In this document: positions 25,595 to 32,615 of the stretch, piece after piece
How positions within the stretch are numbered: position 1 is the first letter of the stretch
Layout of the letters: each line of letters opens with the position of its first letter
Origin: Gammaproteobacteria bacterium
Lineage (GTDB): Bacteria; Pseudomonadota; Gammaproteobacteria; Ga0077536
Reading direction: 5' to 3'
Length of the DNA stretch: 37,523 nt
Assembly: GCA_020851775.1 (NCBI GenBank)
Contig: JADZCB010000024.1
Span: 1 to 37,523 of the forward strand
Notes under the pieces: model-generated
The model's database searches: none
What the model was told of the DNA's origin: nothing
What the model saw: only the letters and a program-made list of their open reading frames with translations
Made by a program: the position numbers and the translations under genes

Positions 25595-26383
25595 TCACAT
25601 GCCGGCCGTATGCCCGCCGTCGATCGTGATCACGTTGCCGTTCATGTAGCGTGAGGCGTCCGAGGCGAGGAACACCAGTGCGCCATCGAGCTCGGCGGGA
25701 TCACCGAAGCGTTTGGCAGGAATGCGTTGCCGCAGTCGCTCACCGGCCGGCGAGTGCAGCCACTTGTCGTTCATTTCGGTCGCGAAATAGCCGGGCGCGA
25801 GCGCATTGACGCGGATGCCTTTCTCGGCGACGTCGACACACAGATCGCGACCGAGATTGATGAGGCCCGCCTTCGCTGCGCTGTACGGCGCGAGATGGCC
25901 GATCGCGCGGATGCCGAGCACCGAGGCGATGTTGATGATGCTGAGCGGCCGCCCGTCGGCGAGCCGCGCGGCGATGACCGCCTGCGCCAGCACCCACGGC
26001 CCGCGCAGATTCGTTTCGTACACTTCATCCCACTCGGCGTCGCCGAGTTTCTCCGGCGCGCGTGGCCGCGCGATGCCGGCGTTGTTGACGAGCACGTCGA
26101 GCGGCGCGACCGCTTCAGCTTCCGCGATCACGTGCCGTATCGCAGCGCGATCGCGCACATCCAGCGCATACACGTCGCAGACACCGCCCGCGCCCCGGAT
26201 CTCCGCGGCGAGTGAGGTCATCTTCTCGACGCTGCGCGCCGCCATCGCGACGCGTGCGCCAGCCGCCGCCAGCGTGGATGCGAAGCGTCGCCCGAGACCG
26301 CTCGACGCGCCGGTGAGAAACACGTGCTTGCCCGTCAGATCGAACAGGCCGCGCAGGAAAGGCCCGGTATCGGGGGTGCTCAT
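25595..26383 (-). CDS. Short-chain dehydrogenase/reductase (SDR)
   Basis: ORF 25595..26440 trimmed to the ATG at 26381-26383 (GGAG upstream), 262 aa. Motifs present: TGASSGLG (TGxxxGxG), NNAG, YSAAK (YxxxK). Confidence 0.9.
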   Translation of the reverse strand: MSTPDTGPFLRGLFDLTGKHVFLTGASSGLGRRFASTLAAAGARVAMAARSVEKMTSLAAEIRGAGGVCDVYALDVRDRAAIRHVIAEAEAVAPLDVLVNNAGIARPRAPEKLGDAEWDEVYETNLRGPWVLAQAVIAARLADGRPLSIINIASVLGIRAIGHLAPYSAAKAGLINLGRDLCVDVAEKGIRVNALAPGYFATEMNDKWLHSPAGERLRQRIPAKRFGDPAELDGALVFLASDASRYMNGNVITIDGGHTAGM

Positions 26384-26425
26384 CGTTTGCTCCATGTAGT
26401 TCGGTGCCACGGGATGTCTCGAATC

Positions 26426-26525
26426 TGCCACCGGGAACACCGAGGGAAATCTGATTGGGCCACCAAGGTAGGTTGGGCTTCCTTCGTCAGCCCAACCTAC
26501 GACCGCTCTATGTTCTTGGTGGTCC
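26426..26525. repeat. Intergenic inverted-repeat element copy with an internal GTAG...CTAC REP hairpin
   Basis: Left arm TGCCACCGGGAACACCGAGGG (26426-26446) followed by AAATCTGATTG. Internal perfect 12-bp hairpin gtaggttgggct-tccttcgtc-agcccaacctac (26468-26500). The right arm ctctatgttcttggtggt (26506-26523) has reverse complement accaccaagaacatagag; within it, caccaagaacatagag matches the 17046 arm segment caccaagaacacagag at 15 of 16 positions. Confidence 0.65.
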
Positions 26526-26558
26526 GATTACAGCATCATCGCTGGCGCCCGCGCCCGC

Positions 26559-27464
26559 TCAAAGCCCGAGCTTCGGCTTCACCCATGCCGCGAGGCGCGC
26601 GATTGCCTGATCGGCTTCGGGCGCACGGCCGGCGAGGAAGTGGTAGACGTGCTGCATCTCGGAATCGACGTCGCAGCGGATGTCGACACCCGCTGCCTTG
26701 GCCTTGTCGACGAAGCGCAGCGAGTCGTCGAGCAGCGTTTCGTCGCCACCGACCTGGATGTAGGTCGGCGGAAAGCCCGCGAGATCGGCGTAGAGCGGGT
26801 TGGCGAGCGGGTCCTGTTTCGACGCGCTGCCGAGGAAGGTCGCCGCCATGTTCATCAGGATCGGCTCCTGCACCAGTGCGTCGGTGGCGGCCTTGGTCTT
26901 CAGGCTCGCGCCTTTCGCTTCCATGTCGTACCACGGGGACAGCGGCATCACGGCTGCCGGCAGCGGCAGGCCCTGGGCCTTCGCGGCGAGCACGACCGAA
27001 GTGCACAGACCACCGCCGGCCGAGTCACCGGTCGTTGCGATGTGGTTCGGTGTGATGCCCTGATCGAGCAGCCACTTGTAGACCTTGACCGCGTCCTCGT
27101 TCTGGGCCGGATGAGTCGCTTCCGGCGCACGGCGGTAATGCAGAATCAGCGCGCGGCAGCCGACCGCCTTCGCGAAGTGACCGAACATCTTGCGGTGCGT
27201 GTACATCGAGCCCGTGACGTAGCCACCGCCGTGCGTGCACAACAACACGCGATCCTCGCGGCAGCCTTTCGGCACGGCCCACAGGCAGGGCACGCCCGCC
27301 GCGTCGACCTCGAGGTAGTCGACGCCGCCCGGTTCGACGGTGACGTCGCCCCAATGCTCGAAGATGTCACGAATCTCATCGAGTCCCATCGTCGGGTTCG
27401 CCGCCATCGCCGCGGCCCAGCCCTTGTAGAGTTCCTTCAATGCTTCCGATTGCTTGCTTGCCAT
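26559..27464 (-). CDS. Alpha/beta hydrolase fold-3 esterase/lipase (HSL family)
   Basis: 301-aa ORF with GAGAGGA RBS. Oxyanion motif HGGGY and nucleophile elbow GDSAGG, typical of hormone-sensitive-lipase-type carboxylesterases. Confidence 0.9.
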   Translation of the reverse strand: MASKQSEALKELYKGWAAAMAANPTMGLDEIRDIFEHWGDVTVEPGGVDYLEVDAAGVPCLWAVPKGCREDRVLLCTHGGGYVTGSMYTHRKMFGHFAKAVGCRALILHYRRAPEATHPAQNEDAVKVYKWLLDQGITPNHIATTGDSAGGGLCTSVVLAAKAQGLPLPAAVMPLSPWYDMEAKGASLKTKAATDALVQEPILMNMAATFLGSASKQDPLANPLYADLAGFPPTYIQVGGDETLLDDSLRFVDKAKAAGVDIRCDVDSEMQHVYHFLAGRAPEADQAIARLAAWVKPKLGL

Positions 27465-27624
27465 TCCTCTCGTCCTCCGTTCTTTGTCGTGTTTAGTGCC
27501 TGTCCAGCATAGCGAGCGCGGCGGGCCCGGTCATCCCGGGAAACCGATCGCTGAACTGGTGACGAAATGGCGAGCGCCTCGCCGTCCGAGGGATGGCGCA
27601 GCGGAGTCCGGGATCTTCAGCGCC

Positions 27625-27666
27625 GATCCCGGGTTGCGCGCTGTGCGCTTCCCCCGGGCTACGAAG
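27625..27666. repeat. REP-like palindromic element ending GGGCTACG
   Basis: gatcccgggttgcgcgctgtgcgcttcccccgggctacgaag closely resembles 17171-17211 (aatcccgggttacgcgctacgcgctccacccgggctacgaa). It is preceded by a partial inverted unit (tccgggatc at 27607-27615 pairs with gatcccggg at 27625-27633). Confidence 0.55.
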
Positions 27667-27676
27667 ACGATGTCTC

Positions 27677-28987
27677 TCACCGCCCCGTTTCGTTCAACAC
27701 GCTCGGCTCGAAGTCCTTCTGATCGATGTTGTCCGGGTTGGTGACGTGCAGCATCTGCAGCGTCGTGCAATGCTGGTTCTGCAGATCGATCGCCGCCGAC
27801 GAGTCGAGCAGCGGTACACCGGTGCCCTTGTTCTGCGGCACGTGGTAGTCCGGGTGCGCGACGCCGCCGATCAGCATCTTCCACAAGGTGCCGGCGCGGT
27901 CGTAGGTCTTGCCGAAAACCGGCAGCATGGTCTGTGCATCGAGATAGAAGTAGCGCTTCGACAGCGGATGATCCGAGCGCGTCGGCTCGCCTTCGAGAAT
28001 GTGCGCCTTGCGCAACTGCCAGCTCACGTTCGGGAAACAACTCGAATAACCGCCGAAGTCGACGAACTGGTAGTCGTACTTGCGCGCCTTCAGATCCGCA
28101 TGCTGCTGCTGATCGTGGCGATACATCGGCAGCATCACGTACGTCGGTCCCTTGTACGTCCACTTCATGTCGCGGATGCGGCCGCTGTAACCGAGGAAAT
28201 CCTCGATCATGAGATCGCTGCCGAGAAAGGAGTCCGTGCGCGTCGTCGTCGCGATGCGGCGCACGCGACGGAGATTCGGCACGTACATCCAGCCCTGCTC
28301 TTCGGCGTTGTCGTCGCTGTTGTAGAAGATCAGGATCTTCGTCCCCGACACGTCACCCGGATCTTCGGCCGTCAGCGTGAAGGCGCTGAACACTGCGTAG
28401 GGATTGCGCTCGACGTGCGGCACCGGGTCGACGACATGGCGGTACATGAAGCGCATGCCGACAGCCGTGAACGTCAGCGTGCGCTCGAGGGTCTGCGTGC
28501 GCATTTGACGATACCCCCAGTACATCTCGGGGATCGCGCCGCTGTCTCCGGCATAGGCATAGCGCATGTTCCAGATCAGCTTGTCGCCGGCGCGCGGATC
28601 GTCGAGGGACGGCTCGCCGGGAAACGGGCGGCCGGCCGTGTAGTTCAGCAGATCGCCGGGCTTCTCACCGAGCTGTGTCTGACCGCCGTACTGCTGCGTG
28701 GCGGCGACGTAGTTCGGATGCGGATCGAACGAGAGCGGTTCGCCGACAGCGATACTGACCCAGTTCTTCACGACGAGGTCGGCAAAATCCGGATCGAGGA
28801 GCTGGCGATACTGCTCCAGGTTGTCCGCTCCGATCACCGTGCCGGGCGCCGGCGCCATCTCCTGGATTTCGGCCACATTGAAATCGAAATCTCCGGCCCA
28901 CCCGGCCGGGGCTGCGACGAACGTGAATACCCCGGCGACGGACACGCGCAGGCCGCGCACGACCGCCCTGGTCAGCGAGTTTTTCAT
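27677..28987 (-). CDS. DUF1329-family periplasmic protein (paralog B)
   Basis: 436-aa ORF with AGAGGA RBS and a signal-like N terminus (VSVAGVFTFVAAPAGWA). The blocks NYTAGRPFPG and YVPNLRRVRRIATTTRTDSFLGSDLMIEDF are shared with the protein at 31150-32520 and are typical of DUF1329 as I remember it. Confidence 0.8.
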   Translation of the reverse strand: MKNSLTRAVVRGLRVSVAGVFTFVAAPAGWAGDFDFNVAEIQEMAPAPGTVIGADNLEQYRQLLDPDFADLVVKNWVSIAVGEPLSFDPHPNYVAATQQYGGQTQLGEKPGDLLNYTAGRPFPGEPSLDDPRAGDKLIWNMRYAYAGDSGAIPEMYWGYRQMRTQTLERTLTFTAVGMRFMYRHVVDPVPHVERNPYAVFSAFTLTAEDPGDVSGTKILIFYNSDDNAEEQGWMYVPNLRRVRRIATTTRTDSFLGSDLMIEDFLGYSGRIRDMKWTYKGPTYVMLPMYRHDQQQHADLKARKYDYQFVDFGGYSSCFPNVSWQLRKAHILEGEPTRSDHPLSKRYFYLDAQTMLPVFGKTYDRAGTLWKMLIGGVAHPDYHVPQNKGTGVPLLDSSAAIDLQNQHCTTLQMLHVTNPDNIDQKDFEPSVLNETGR

Positions 28988-29053
28988 GGATAAATCCTCT
29001 GTTGCGTTGCGAACGATGCGTGAAGTGCTGCCGCCGCGCGGCGAATACCCCGG

Positions 29054-29668
29054 TCAAAGTGCGAGCGACGACACCGAATAATGCCGTTTGATGGCGGGTA
29101 GCGCGAGCGTCAGTGACGCCATCATCAGCGAGTGCATCGGCCGTCCCTGCTCGATGCACTGAAGGAACTCCTGGACGTCGACGAGTTCGACTTCGAGATC
29201 TTCGTAAGTGTCGAGCTTGGGCTCGGCGAGCTTGCGGCAACCGGTGCCGAGGAAGACGTGCATGCGATTGTCCTGCAGGCCGGGGTTCGGATAGTGCAGA
29301 CCGAGGTAGTTCATGCGCCCTGCAGCATAGCCGGTTTCCTCGAGCAGCTCGCGGGTCGCGGCTGCTTCCGGCGTTTCATCCGGATTGTCGGGTTCGAGCG
29401 TCCCGCCCGGAAACTCGTAGAAGCGGCGACGCGCCGCGTGACGATACTGGTTCACGAGCACGATCTGACCGTCCTCGGTCAGCGGCACGACATTGACCCA
29501 GTCGACGAATTCCATGACGAAATAGGCCGGCATGATGCGCTCGTCGGGCAGCGCGCAGCGGTCCTTGCGGAAACGGAAATAGGGGTGGCTGAAGAGTTCG
29601 TCGGAACTCAGGATCTCCCACCGTTCGGTGCGGGTACGGGCGCCGTCGCGGTCTTTGGGATCGTTCAC
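29054..29668 (-). CDS. NUDIX hydrolase (ADP-ribose pyrophosphatase-like)
   Basis: ORF 29054..29965 trimmed to the in-frame GTG at 29666-29668, because further upstream it would overlap the HEAT gene (stop at 29689). The start is uncertain. Nudix box GGTLEPDNPDETPEAAATRELLEETG (REx2EExG). The N-terminal beta domain pattern (PYFRFRKD...VNVVPLTEDGQIVLVNQYRHA) resembles NudF-type enzymes. Confidence 0.72.
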   Translation of the reverse strand: MNDPKDRDGARTRTERWEILSSDELFSHPYFRFRKDRCALPDERIMPAYFVMEFVDWVNVVPLTEDGQIVLVNQYRHAARRRFYEFPGGTLEPDNPDETPEAAATRELLEETGYAAGRMNYLGLHYPNPGLQDNRMHVFLGTGCRKLAEPKLDTYEDLEVELVDVQEFLQCIEQGRPMHSLMMASLTLALPAIKRHYSVSSLAL

Positions 29669-29688
29669 CGCCCGCCGCCCGTCATCGC

Positions 29689-30858
29689 TCAGATCTGCAC
29701 GCCGCCGACATAGCGGTGTCCCGCGATGTGCACGATCGACCAGGCCGCCATGCCTCGGATCCCCGCATCCTCGTCCTTCAGGAACGGCACCAGCCGGGCC
29801 AGCGCAGCTTCGTCCTTGCGCTGACCGATCAACCAGATGGTCTGCATGCGGATGTCCGCTTCCTGGTGCCCGAGCCCCCAATCGTAGATCTTGCTCGCGT
29901 CGCTCGCGATCCAGCCCCAGGACTCGAGCAGGCGCGTCGCGGCATCGTTCTTCAGCGGGCAGCAATGAATCAGGGTTTCGGAAATCTGCGCCGCCATCTG
30001 CGGCGGCAGCCGCTTCAGCGCACCCGCCATCACGGTCGCTTCCATCGGCTTGCCATAGCCGATGGTCTGGATGATCTGGGAAATAGCGTCATCGTCGCCG
30101 AGCGCGGCCTTGCTCGCGATGGCCGCGAGCGCCACACGCTGATCGGTCTCCTTGGCCAGGACCGCGAGCTTGTCCTTCGCTTCCTTGCTGTCGACGAGTC
30201 CGAGGGCGACGGCCGCGACCTCGCGCACGTCGACACTCGACTCCTCGGCCGCCGAAAGCATCGCGCTGCGTGCGTTCGCGTCACCGCCAATCAGCAATGT
30301 GTATTGACCGTAGGCGCGGATGACGGCCGATGTGTGGGTGTCGGCGACGAGTGCGCGCACCGCCGCGTCTTCGGCAGAGCCTGCCGAACGCACCAATGCC
30401 TGCAGGGCGTGGCGCTTGACGAAATCAGTACTGTCCGGCCCCAGCGCCTCGACCAGCAGGTCGCCCATGTCGTCGCGCGGGACCGACGCCAGCGACTCCG
30501 CCATCAAGCCGAGGACCTCCGGGTTCCGTGCGGCGGATTTGAGCAGCAGGTTGACGCCGTTCGGGTGCGTCGCGGTGATCAGCGTGTCGATCGCCGAGCG
30601 CCGGATCACGATGTCCTCGACGTCGATACAGCGCTCGAGCAGCACCAGGGCTTGTGCATCTCCGATATCGCTCAGCGCACCGGCGGCCAGGATGCGATCG
30701 TAGATGTCCTGCGAGTTCATCATTTCGCGCGCGACGTCGACGGCGCGATAAAGGCTCTGGTCCGACTGTTCGGCCGGCTCGGTGGCCAGCGCGGCGAGCG
30801 GCAGGCCGAAGGTGAGCGTGAGAACGGGAAAAAGAAAACGAGGCAGAAGGTTCGGCAT
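29689..30858 (-). CDS. Exported HEAT/armadillo-like repeat protein
   Basis: 389-aa ORF with GGAGA RBS. N terminus MPNLLPRFLFPVLTLTFGLPLAALA-TEP is signal-like. The rest is all-helical with recurring 30-40-aa units such as RILAAGALSDIGDAQALVLL, VIRRSAIDTLI, VKRHALQALVRSG, VREVAAVALGLV, RVALAAIASKAALGD and AGIRGMAAWSIVHIAG, typical of PBS-lyase HEAT-like repeats. Confidence 0.72.
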   Translation of the reverse strand: MPNLLPRFLFPVLTLTFGLPLAALATEPAEQSDQSLYRAVDVAREMMNSQDIYDRILAAGALSDIGDAQALVLLERCIDVEDIVIRRSAIDTLITATHPNGVNLLLKSAARNPEVLGLMAESLASVPRDDMGDLLVEALGPDSTDFVKRHALQALVRSAGSAEDAAVRALVADTHTSAVIRAYGQYTLLIGGDANARSAMLSAAEESSVDVREVAAVALGLVDSKEAKDKLAVLAKETDQRVALAAIASKAALGDDDAISQIIQTIGYGKPMEATVMAGALKRLPPQMAAQISETLIHCCPLKNDAATRLLESWGWIASDASKIYDWGLGHQEADIRMQTIWLIGQRKDEAALARLVPFLKDEDAGIRGMAAWSIVHIAGHRYVGGVQI

Positions 30859-31075
30859 GACGGTCTCCGCTGGCTTGCCGGTTCGAGCCGGAAATCCGCT
30901 GTGGGTTCCGCCAGTCTATCAGTCCCGTCGCAGAATTTCGTCGGCGCATCACCTTGCGTGCCAGGCTTGCGGGTGCGGCCATGGGCCTCTGAAAAGTGCG
31001 GGCGCCCGATGCCGAGCCGAACTTCGGCGCCGGTGTATTCGCGGGCCACTACGACTCGCTTTGAGTCGTCGCCGC

Positions 31076-31103
31076 AAAAAACAAGGGCCGCGTTGCGGCC
31101 CTT
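31076..31103 (-). terminator. Rho-independent terminator after DUF1329 paralog A
   Basis: On the minus strand: aagggccgc-aac-gcggccctt (perfect 9-bp stem) followed by GTTTTTTG. It lies about 47 nt downstream of the stop at 31150. Confidence 0.7.
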
Positions 31104-31116
31104 GGAAGGAAACGGA

Positions 31117-31142
31117 CTGGATCGGGCGTGAGCCCGATCCAG
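31117..31142 (-). terminator. Second perfect hairpin immediately after the DUF1329 paralog A stop
   Basis: ctggatcgggc-gtga-gcccgatccag is a perfect 11-bp stem, 7 nt from the stop codon, in tandem with the 31076 terminator. Confidence 0.45.
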
Positions 31143-31149
31143 GAAGACC

Positions 31150-32520
31150 TCAGCGGCCTTCGGTGAGATAGTTCACGTCGAGGATCTTCTTCACGAGATC
31201 CAGATCCGTCGCCGGGTTGGAGTGGCCGCGGCAGGGCACGAGCGTCCCGCGGTTGTTCTGCAGGTCGATCACGTTGATCGACTGGAACATGCTGACCCGC
31301 GAGCCCGGAGGCGTCACCTCAGCCTTCCATTTCGTGACCTGCTCCTGAAGCTGCGGGTCTTCCGACCACGCCTTCGAGAGCTGCCACACCTTCCAGAGCT
31401 GACCGGCCTTGTCGAAGGCGTTCGCGTGGTAGCACTCGCCGCTCTGGCGATCGATGTGCAGGAACTTCAGCGAATACGGATGGCTCGCGCGCTTGGGGAT
31501 CTGCTTCATCACGTCGACCTGGCGCAGCGCCCAGTCGTCGAGCATCGCCCAGCCGTTCGGGCCGTAGTAGACCGCGTCCGAATTGCGCGAGCGCGCCACG
31601 GCCAACTGTCTCGCGGTGCCGACGTACTCCCACTCGTGCTCGAGCGGACGGCCGTTGAAGCAGTAGAAATCTTCCAGCGTGTGATCCGTGCCGAGCAGCG
31701 AGTCCGACTTCACTTCCACCGAGATGCGGCGCACGCGACGCAGGCTCGGGATGTAAGCCCAAGAGTCGTCGGTCTTGCGCGGGTTGTCGTAGCGGAGGAT
31801 CAGGAAAGCCGTACCGGCGATGTCGAAGGGCGAGGAGAAGCCCGTGTATTCGCGGAACTCCGTGTCCTTCGCGAAGCCTTCGCCGTTGTTGACCTTGTAG
31901 TTTTTCTCCGGCAGGTCCGAACGGTGCGAGAACATCACGCGGCGATAGGGGCCGGCCAGCGCGCGCTCGAAGGAGCCGCCGCCCGTATAGTAGGGCTTAT
32001 ACTTGCCGCCGCCTTCGCTCATGATTTCGTGGCCGCTGTGCTCGCCGCCCGCGCGCACCCATACCCAGTGCACCTCCCGGTTCGAAAGGCCGCCGAGCTG
32101 CCAGCGGAAGTTGAAGTTCCACGTCATCTTCTGGCCGTCTTCCTTGCCCGGCTTGAAGGTGGCCGGGTCGAAGGGGCGGCCCGCCGTATAGTTCTCGAGC
32201 GCGCCGTCGGCCGCGATCGTTGCCGTGCCGGCGAACTGCTCCGTGGCTTTCTGGTAGACCTCGGCCGGGCTCAGATCGCCGGCGTCTTTGATCTTGACTT
32301 CCATGCCCTCGAAGATCTGGATGTCCTGATACTCGGCGGGCGTGAACGGACGGATCAGATCGGCCTTGTCATAGGTGATGACGTCACCGTCGACGAACTG
32401 CGGCTGCGCGCTCTGATTGGCATTGAACCAGGCCATGTAGTCGTCCGGCGTGAAGGCAGTCGCCGCCAGCGGCTGCGCCGCGAACGCGGCCAGCAGAGCG
32501 TACCGAATCGGATTTTTCAT
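31150..32520 (-). CDS. DUF1329-family periplasmic protein (paralog A)
   Basis: 456-aa ORF with GAGGAG RBS. Signal-like N terminus MKNPIRYALLAAFAAQPLAATA. Has the blocks NYTAGRPFDP and YIPSLRRVRRISVEVKSDSLLGTDHTLEDF. Confidence 0.82.
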   Translation of the reverse strand: MKNPIRYALLAAFAAQPLAATAFTPDDYMAWFNANQSAQPQFVDGDVITYDKADLIRPFTPAEYQDIQIFEGMEVKIKDAGDLSPAEVYQKATEQFAGTATIAADGALENYTAGRPFDPATFKPGKEDGQKMTWNFNFRWQLGGLSNREVHWVWVRAGGEHSGHEIMSEGGGKYKPYYTGGGSFERALAGPYRRVMFSHRSDLPEKNYKVNNGEGFAKDTEFREYTGFSSPFDIAGTAFLILRYDNPRKTDDSWAYIPSLRRVRRISVEVKSDSLLGTDHTLEDFYCFNGRPLEHEWEYVGTARQLAVARSRNSDAVYYGPNGWAMLDDWALRQVDVMKQIPKRASHPYSLKFLHIDRQSGECYHANAFDKAGQLWKVWQLSKAWSEDPQLQEQVTKWKAEVTPPGSRVSMFQSINVIDLQNNRGTLVPCRGHSNPATDLDLVKKILDVNYLTEGR

Positions 32521-32555
32521 TGAGTTGAACTCCTCGTTCTTTCTGTCGTTGCATT

Positions 32556-32588
32556 CCGCGCCGGCCGCCGTGGGCTCGGCCGGCGCGG
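32556..32588 (-). other. Intercistronic GC hairpin between the DUF1302 and DUF1329 genes
   Basis: ccgcgccggcc-N11-ggccggcgcgg is a perfect 11-bp stem with no T-tract. It could be an mRNA processing/stability element or a partial attenuator setting barrel:periplasmic-protein stoichiometry. Confidence 0.4.
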
Positions 32589-32615
32589 AGTTTGACCCTC
32601 GTCTATCCGCCAGCT

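Noticed and set aside
10339-26525. Possibility that the recurring 20-mers are a CRISPR array or spacer-repeat structure
   Set aside because: The copies are inverted pairs scattered over 16 kb in separate intergenic regions. They are not regularly spaced direct repeats, and no cas genes are present.
29669-29965. N-terminal extension of the NUDIX ORF (303-aa version)
   Set aside because: It would overlap the 3' end of the HEAT-repeat gene by ~277 nt, and it encodes a low-complexity R/G/A/P-rich sequence. I trimmed to the GTG at 29668, though the exact start remains uncertain.
27593-32523. Plus-strand ORFs 27593..28993, 29716..31131 and 31222..32523 (433-471 aa)
   Set aside because: They are antisense to the DUF1329, HEAT and DUF1329 genes. 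Their composition is R/D/H/V-rich, and they lack RBSs and recognisable domains.
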